In this document: positions 59,198 to 64,000 of the stretch, in pieces
Layout of the letters: each line of letters opens with the position of its first letter
Position numbering within the stretch: the stretch's first letter is position 1
Translations under genes and position numbers: made by a program
Notes under the pieces: generated by a model
The model's input: only the letters and a program-made list of their open reading frames with translations
Database searches by the model: none
Told to the model about the DNA's origin: nothing
Source: Planctomycetota bacterium
Lineage (GTDB): Bacteria > Planctomycetota > Phycisphaerae > Phycisphaerales > SM1A02
Reading direction: 5' to 3'
DNA: 64,000 nt
Assembly (NCBI GenBank): GCA_027618565.1
Contig: JAQCEQ010000008.1
Coordinates: 688 to 64,687 of the forward strand

Positions 59198-60891
59198 GCC
59201 TGGCGTTGTGCGTCGTCCTGTTGCTCACGGCACCATTCAGTGCCCCCGGCGGACAGGGCACCGACCCCGATCCCACCGCCAGAGTTGCCGCCGACCCCGC
59301 CGCCGGGGCGATTCAGTTGGTCGATGCAACCGCAGGCTCCGGGCTGTCGATGGTGACCACCAGTGGCCGCGGTCCATCGACGCACATCCTTGAAGTGAAG
59401 GGCGGCGGCATCGCCCTCATCGATGTCGATGGAGATGGGGACGAGGACTTGTTCTTTCCCAATGGCGCCACCCTCCTGGCTCCCGACGCTGGGCCGGGTG
59501 CGCGACTCTTCGAAAACCTCGGCGGCCTTCGATTCGCCGACATCACGGACCGCATGGGTGTTGCGCACCGTCGATGGAGCTTCGGTGTCGCACGCGGCGA
59601 TGTCAATGCCGACGGGCACGAGGATCTCTTCATCGCATGCCTGGGGCCAGACACCCTCCTCCTCGGTGAGGGTGGAGGTCAGTTTCGCGACGCAAGTGCC
59701 CAGTGGCTGCCTCCCGACGAGGACTGGAACACCGGCGCCGCCTTCGCCGACGTGGACGGCGATGGCGACCTGGACCTCTATGTCTGTGGGTATGTGGAGG
59801 CCGACCCCGTGCGACCCCTGCCGCCGGCGCAGTTCAAGGGGATCGAAGTGCTCTCCGGCCCGCGAGGGTATCCCGCACAGCCCGACCGGCTCCTGCTCAA
59901 CGACGGCTCGAGGTTCCTCGATGTCTCTGCCGAGCGAGGGATCCGCACCGTGCCCGACCGGTATGCCCTCAACGTCGTCGCTGCCGACTTCACCGGGGAC
60001 GGGCATGTCGACCTCTTCGTGGGAAATGATTCCCAGCCCGACACCCTGTGGGTGAATGACGGAAAGGGGAGCTTCATCGATCGAGGTACTCCCTCGGGCG
60101 TCGCCATCAACCTGGACGGCTCGGGGCAAGCGACGATGGGTATCGCCGTCGGCGATGTGGACGGGAATGGCCGCCCCGACATCGTGACCACCAACTTTTC
60201 CAGCGACACCAACACGCTCCACCTCAATCTGGACGGGCAGTTCTTTGATGACCGGACCAGTCAGTTTGGCGTTGGCGCGCCAAGCCGCACCTGGTGCGGG
60301 TGGGGTGCGGCGTTCGCCGACTTGGACCACGACGGTGATGAGGACCTGCTGGGCGTCAACGGCCATGTCTATCCGCAGGCGACGAAGACTTTGATGGACA
60401 GCGACTACCGGCAACCCGTGATGCTCATGCGGCGAGAGGGGAGTCGGTTCATCACCCAGGAGGCAGGACTCGGTTCTCATGTCGACCGGTCCATGGTGAT
60501 GGCGGATCTGGATGGCGACGGTGACCTTGATGCGGTCGTGCTGGAGCTGAACGGTCCCGTGCGCGTGATCCGCAATGAATCCGCTGGAGCGAAGCAACCG
60601 GACGGCTCCGTCCTCGTACGGCTCAGCGATGCCACGGCGCCCGGCAACCGCTCTGGAATTGGGTCGGTGGTGGCGCTCTTGGATGCGGACGGCAAGGCGA
60701 TCGCCCGACGATGGATGGTTGGTGGTGGACCATTTCAGTCGACGGCCTCCCGTGACATCCACTTCGGTGTCCCAGTCGATGCGCGCGGCTCTCCGCTCAC
60801 GGTGCTGGTTCGCTGGCCCGACGGCACTCAGACACGGACGCCTCTCACGAGTGGATCGCGAGTCGTGGTGGAGCACGCTGCGATGCCGTGA
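59194..60891 (+). CDS. CRTAC1-family protein (FG-GAP/VCBS + ASPIC/UnbV)
   Basis: GTGA overlap with the TPR gene. IDVDGDGDEDLFFPNG, GDVNADGHEDLF, ADVDGDGDLDLYV, ADFTGDGHVDLFVGND, GDVDGNGRPDIVTTN, ADLDHDGDEDLL, ADLDGDGDLDAVV, and UnbV-like NRSGIGSVVALLDADG...VRWPDG. Confidence 0.85.
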   Translation: MSLALCVVLLLTAPFSAPGGQGTDPDPTARVAADPAAGAIQLVDATAGSGLSMVTTSGRGPSTHILEVKGGGIALIDVDGDGDEDLFFPNGATLLAPDAGPGARLFENLGGLRFADITDRMGVAHRRWSFGVARGDVNADGHEDLFIACLGPDTLLLGEGGGQFRDASAQWLPPDEDWNTGAAFADVDGDGDLDLYVCGYVEADPVRPLPPAQFKGIEVLSGPRGYPAQPDRLLLNDGSRFLDVSAERGIRTVPDRYALNVVAADFTGDGHVDLFVGNDSQPDTLWVNDGKGSFIDRGTPSGVAINLDGSGQATMGIAVGDVDGNGRPDIVTTNFSSDTNTLHLNLDGQFFDDRTSQFGVGAPSRTWCGWGAAFADLDHDGDEDLLGVNGHVYPQATKTLMDSDYRQPVMLMRREGSRFITQEAGLGSHVDRSMVMADLDGDGDLDAVVLELNGPVRVIRNESAGAKQPDGSVLVRLSDATAPGNRSGIGSVVALLDADGKAIARRWMVGGGPFQSTASRDIHFGVPVDARGSPLTVLVRWPDGTQTRTPLTSGSRVVVEHAAMP

Positions 60892-60936
60892 CCAGTCCGG
60901 AGTCGCGAGGTGCGCTCCTCTCAGGCCATCTCGCCG

Positions 60937-62403
60937 CTACAGCAGCGGCGCCAGCAACCCCGCCAGCCCCTCCTGGAATCGAGCCCAATTCGTCCGCCCC
61001 GACCACTCGGCGCGTTCGTAGCGGGTGCTGGCATCGATCCAGCCCTGTTGCATCGCGCGCACGGATTCGGTGGCCCGGTTGTCGTAGACCGCTGCGGTGA
61101 CCTCGAAGTTCAACTCAAAACTCCGTCGGTCCAGGTTGGCGCTGGTCACGATGGCAAGGACACCATCCACGGTCACGGTCTTGGCATGCAACAGCCCGTT
61201 GGGAAACTCCCAGATGCGCACGCCCGCCTCCAGCAGCGGCCCTAGCAGCGCGCGGCTGGCCAGCGCCACGAGGTGCGAGTCGTTTCGTTTGGGCATCACC
61301 AGGTGCACCACGACGCCGCGGCGCGCGGCCACCGCGAGCGAGCGGAGGAACGCCGTATCCGGGACAAAATAGGGTGTGGTGAGCACAATCTCGTGCCGCG
61401 CCACCTGCACGGCGGCGTGAAGCGTCTGAGCGACAGCCTCGGAGTCGTAGGCGGGACCCGTGGGAATGACCTGGACGGGGCACTCGCCGACCGCCACCGC
61501 GCGTGCGGGATCAATCGAGACCACCTCGCCCGTCTCGAAGTTCCAGTCCACCGCGAACACGCGGTGGAGATCGGTGACCGCCGGGCCGCGGACGCGCAGC
61601 AGGCAGTCCACCCAAGGTGCGTAGGCCCTCTTCGCCAGGAACTCAGGCGCGACGATGTTCCGGCTCCCCGTGAAGCCGAGACTGCCATCGACCACCACGA
61701 TCTTGCGGTGGTTGCGCATGTCGATGCGATGGAACAGGGCTCGCAGCAGGCTGCCGGGGAGGGCGACCTGGGTCTCGATGCCGTCGCTGCGCATCTGCGC
61801 GATGAGCGAGGAGCGCAGGAATCGTGAGGAGCCAAACCCATCGACGAGGAGTCGACACCGCACGCCCCGGCGAACGGCCGCCGCAAGCCCTTTCGCCACG
61901 GCCCTCCCGCAGCGGTCGTCCTCGTAGATGTAAGTCGTGATGTCGATGTCGCTCTGGGCGGCTGCGATCGCCTCTGAGAACCACGCGTCCATGACATCGG
62001 GGTCGCAGGTGACACCAACATCGTTCCCCGGTCGGATGGGAGCCGCGTCCAGGGAGAGTGCCGCGGCCGCCACCTGGACATCATGCTGGTCCAGGGTCAT
62101 GGGTTCGCGTGGTCCCGTCTCGACCCAAGTGCTCGTCTCGCGCCGCAAGCGATCCAGCGACTTGAGGTAGCGGCGCCGGCGCGCGATGCCGAAACTGGAC
62201 TCGCCAAAGAGCAAGTACACGGCCAGCCCGATGAAGGGCAGCGCCAGCACCACGATCATCCACGGGATGGCCCGGCTCGGTTGGGTACTTCGGCGCAGGA
62301 GCACGAGCGCCGCTCCACCCAGCCGAAGTGTCAACTCGACGACGCCGAGCATATACCCCGAGAGCAGTGTTGCCTGGTCCATCGCCGTCGTCTCAGCGAA
62401 CAT
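60937..62403 (-). CDS. cls: Cardiolipin synthase (PLD superfamily)
   Basis: Two N-terminal TM helices and two HKD motifs (HRKIVVVDGSLGFTGSRN; LHAKTVTVDGVLAIVTSANLD). Confidence 0.9.
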   Translation of the reverse strand: MFAETTAMDQATLLSGYMLGVVELTLRLGGAALVLLRRSTQPSRAIPWMIVVLALPFIGLAVYLLFGESSFGIARRRRYLKSLDRLRRETSTWVETGPREPMTLDQHDVQVAAAALSLDAAPIRPGNDVGVTCDPDVMDAWFSEAIAAAQSDIDITTYIYEDDRCGRAVAKGLAAAVRRGVRCRLLVDGFGSSRFLRSSLIAQMRSDGIETQVALPGSLLRALFHRIDMRNHRKIVVVDGSLGFTGSRNIVAPEFLAKRAYAPWVDCLLRVRGPAVTDLHRVFAVDWNFETGEVVSIDPARAVAVGECPVQVIPTGPAYDSEAVAQTLHAAVQVARHEIVLTTPYFVPDTAFLRSLAVAARRGVVVHLVMPKRNDSHLVALASRALLGPLLEAGVRIWEFPNGLLHAKTVTVDGVLAIVTSANLDRRSFELNFEVTAAVYDNRATESVRAMQQGWIDASTRYERAEWSGRTNWARFQEGLAGLLAPLL

Positions 62404-62408
62404 GGCGG

Positions 62409-62876
62409 TCAGCAGCTGATCGACACGATGGTGAGCCGTCGGGTCCCGCGCGGGAGGTCCACGCGGACGGTGTCGCCGATGCGCATCTTCATCAGGGCGA
62501 TGCCCATCGGGCTTGCGCCCGAGACCTCCCGGTAGTCGTCGTGATCCTCGTCGCTGAGCGTGGCCACGATCCTGAGGCGCTCCATCGAGCCACGGTCCTC
62601 GTCACGAATCTCGATGATCGAGCCCAGGAAGACCATGTCGGCCGGGATCTCGCTGGCGTCCACGACATGCGCCGTCGCCAGGCGCTTGCGCAGCACACGC
62701 ATGCGGGAGTCGTTGAGGGCCTTGGCCTCTCGCGAGGCGTGGTACTCGGCGTTTTCGCGCAGATCGCCGTGGGCCCTGGCTTCCGCGATGCGATCGGCTA
62801 GGACCTTGTCCAGTGCCACCAACTCGGCAAGCTGTGCCTCCAGCTTCTCCTTGTCGATCTGCGTGAGCAGTTCCAT
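62409..62876 (-). CDS. greA: Transcription elongation factor GreA
   Basis: 155 aa with a coiled-coil N-terminus containing GDLRENAEYHASRE, and the C-terminal SGASPMGIALMKMRIGDTV. Confidence 0.92.
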   Translation of the reverse strand: MELLTQIDKEKLEAQLAELVALDKVLADRIAEARAHGDLRENAEYHASREAKALNDSRMRVLRKRLATAHVVDASEIPADMVFLGSIIEIRDEDRGSMERLRIVATLSDEDHDDYREVSGASPMGIALMKMRIGDTVRVDLPRGTRRLTIVSISC

Positions 62877-62885
62877 GAGTGGAGC

Positions 62886-63485
62886 CTAACGCGATGGGCG
62901 GCCGGATGCAACGCGGAGCACGAGCGCCGCGGCAACGGGGACGAAGGCGGGCCAGGAGAGGGACCAGCCGAGCTGGAGCAGCGGACCGGTCCCACGCGAG
63001 ATCGACGATGCCAGGCCCAGCGTCACTTCAAGGGACCCACCGAGCGTCGCGGCGAGCACCAGCACCGCGGCGAGCAGCGCGCGAATGCCGGCGGCGCTGC
63101 TCGACACGAGGCTCGCAGCCGTGAGCACGAACATGGTCGTCACGAACGCGCTCGCTACCAGCGTCAGTGAGATGCCGGACGGCCAACCTGCCATCCATGC
63201 CAGCGGCGCGGCGGCCAGCGCGAAGATCGTGGTGCACAGGAGGGAGGGCGTGAGCGCGCGCCCGCACCATCCGTACAGGAGCGCGCCGATGGGGAGCGCC
63301 ACGGCCAGCCCCGCCCACCAGACGGTGAAGATCCTCGCAGCAAGCGGCGACACAGATTCCTGCGTCAGCACGATCGGGAGCGAATCGCCGATCGTCACGC
63401 CGATGGCGCCGATGATCCACATCAGCATCGCGATGGCCAGCACTCTCGCGGGAACCAGTCCCGCGCCATCCCCCGGCCGCCTCAT
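62886..63485 (-). CDS. Hypothetical polytopic membrane protein
   Basis: 199 aa with ~6 hydrophobic helices. No family recognised. Confidence 0.5.
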   Translation of the reverse strand: MRRPGDGAGLVPARVLAIAMLMWIIGAIGVTIGDSLPIVLTQESVSPLAARIFTVWWAGLAVALPIGALLYGWCGRALTPSLLCTTIFALAAAPLAWMAGWPSGISLTLVASAFVTTMFVLTAASLVSSSAAGIRALLAAVLVLAATLGGSLEVTLGLASSISRGTGPLLQLGWSLSWPAFVPVAAALVLRVASGRPSR

Positions 63486-64000
63486 TGGTGGGCGGCGAGG
63501 GCAGGATCCCCCCGACGCTTGCCGACGGTGACGTCCAGCGTGAGGTCGATCTCCTCGAACCCCGCCGCATCGATCGACCCGAGGCGCGAGACGATGGTGT
63601 CCACCACCGCCAGCCGTTGCGCCGGCGGCACTTCTCCAAACAATGGAGGCAGGGACGATGCCGGTTCACCATGTCCAGTCCCGTCAAGGACCATCCCATC
63701 GGCGCTGCCCCAGCGGAGAAGGGTCCCGCCGCGGGTCCGCAGGAGGATGCCCTCGCGATCGACACTCCCAACCTCAATCGCCTCGATCTGCGTGTACCAC
63801 GGCCGGCACTCCAGGTGCGCGATCGTCGCCAGCGCAGCAGGGACGCGCGTCCCGCCCCAGAGCTCGCCGGCCAACTCGGGGACATCGTCCGTGACGCCAC
63901 GGATGCGCGGGAGCGCTGGACCGGCACCGGTCGGAAAGTCCAGGGGGAGCCTTTGCCCGCGGGAGCCAACCAGCCACTCGCGTCCGCGGTGTTCCACCAA
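63482..64000 (-). CDS. Hypothetical protein, C-terminal part (gene continues beyond window); possibly FtsQ/DivIB-like beta domain
   Basis: The frame is open to the window edge. IEAIEVGSVDREGILLRTRGGTLLRWGS is loosely FtsQ-like. ATGA-type overlap with the downstream membrane protein gene. Confidence 0.3.
   Translation of the reverse strand: MVEHRGREWLVGSRGQRLPLDFPTGAGPALPRIRGVTDDVPELAGELWGGTRVPAALATIAHLECRPWYTQIEAIEVGSVDREGILLRTRGGTLLRWGSADGMVLDGTGHGEPASSLPPLFGEVPPAQRLAVVDTIVSRLGSIDAAGFEEIDLTLDVTVGKRRGDPALAAHQ

Noticed and set aside
58750-60876. 708-aa minus-strand ORF, and similar long antisense ORFs (for example 16485..17756, 20733..22202, 39902..41383, 44300..45484, 46993..48603, 49701..51335)
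   Set aside because: Each is opposite a gene with clear family motifs. The translations are Arg/Gly/His/Pro-rich with no recognisable domains, which is typical of open antisense frames in high-GC DNA.
1-64000. tRNA, rRNA, tmRNA, RNase P, transposase/integrase genes
   Set aside because: No intergenic region other than those discussed is long enough for such genes, and none showed cloverleaf-like or other recognisable patterns. No ORF resembled a transposase or integrase. This was a manual scan only, and tRNAscan or Infernal would settle it.

Overview
GC-rich bacterial chromosomal segment. The protein architectures (CRTAC1/FG-GAP/UnbV proteins, a TAT-signal Gfo/Idh/MocA oxidoreductase, zinc-ribbon membrane proteins, many dockerin-tailed secreted proteins) look Planctomycetota/Phycisphaerae-like, but that is inference only. 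CDS coordinates include the stop codon. Many long ORFs in the track are antisense or out-of-frame artefacts of high GC and were not called. Starts were re-picked using signal peptides, family N-termini and 4-bp ATGA/GTGA overlaps. Content, left to right: (1) an accessory-looking left edge holding the 3' part of a diversity-generating retroelement (DGR) reverse transcriptase, its AAC-rich template repeat, a vapBC toxin-antitoxin pair, thiS-thiG, five short tandem-repeat arrays, and a DUF559 endonuclease-like gene bracketed by two copies of a ~52-nt hairpin element; (2) a plus-strand cluster of NHL propeller, FixH/YtkA-like lipoprotein, di-heme cytochrome c peroxidase, two tandem LVIVD/choice-of-anchor-B propellers and an FGE-family lipoprotein; (3) housekeeping genes (apbE, ffs SRP RNA, dnaX, recR, rpoN, ruvC, trpE, pdhABC, rlmN, greA, cls and others); (4) a 44-61 kb island of TPR + FG-GAP/CRTAC1 proteins interleaved with c-type heme proteins. 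The findings I rate highest are an A10 slippery run in dnaX whose -1 frame stops after one codon, the ferredoxin-nitrilase-TPR/FG-GAP-multiheme-CRTAC1 operon, the hairpin and half-site structure around the DUF559 gene, the DGR, and a C-terminal twin dockerin-like tail shared by five secreted proteins. No rRNA, tRNA or CRISPR array was seen.
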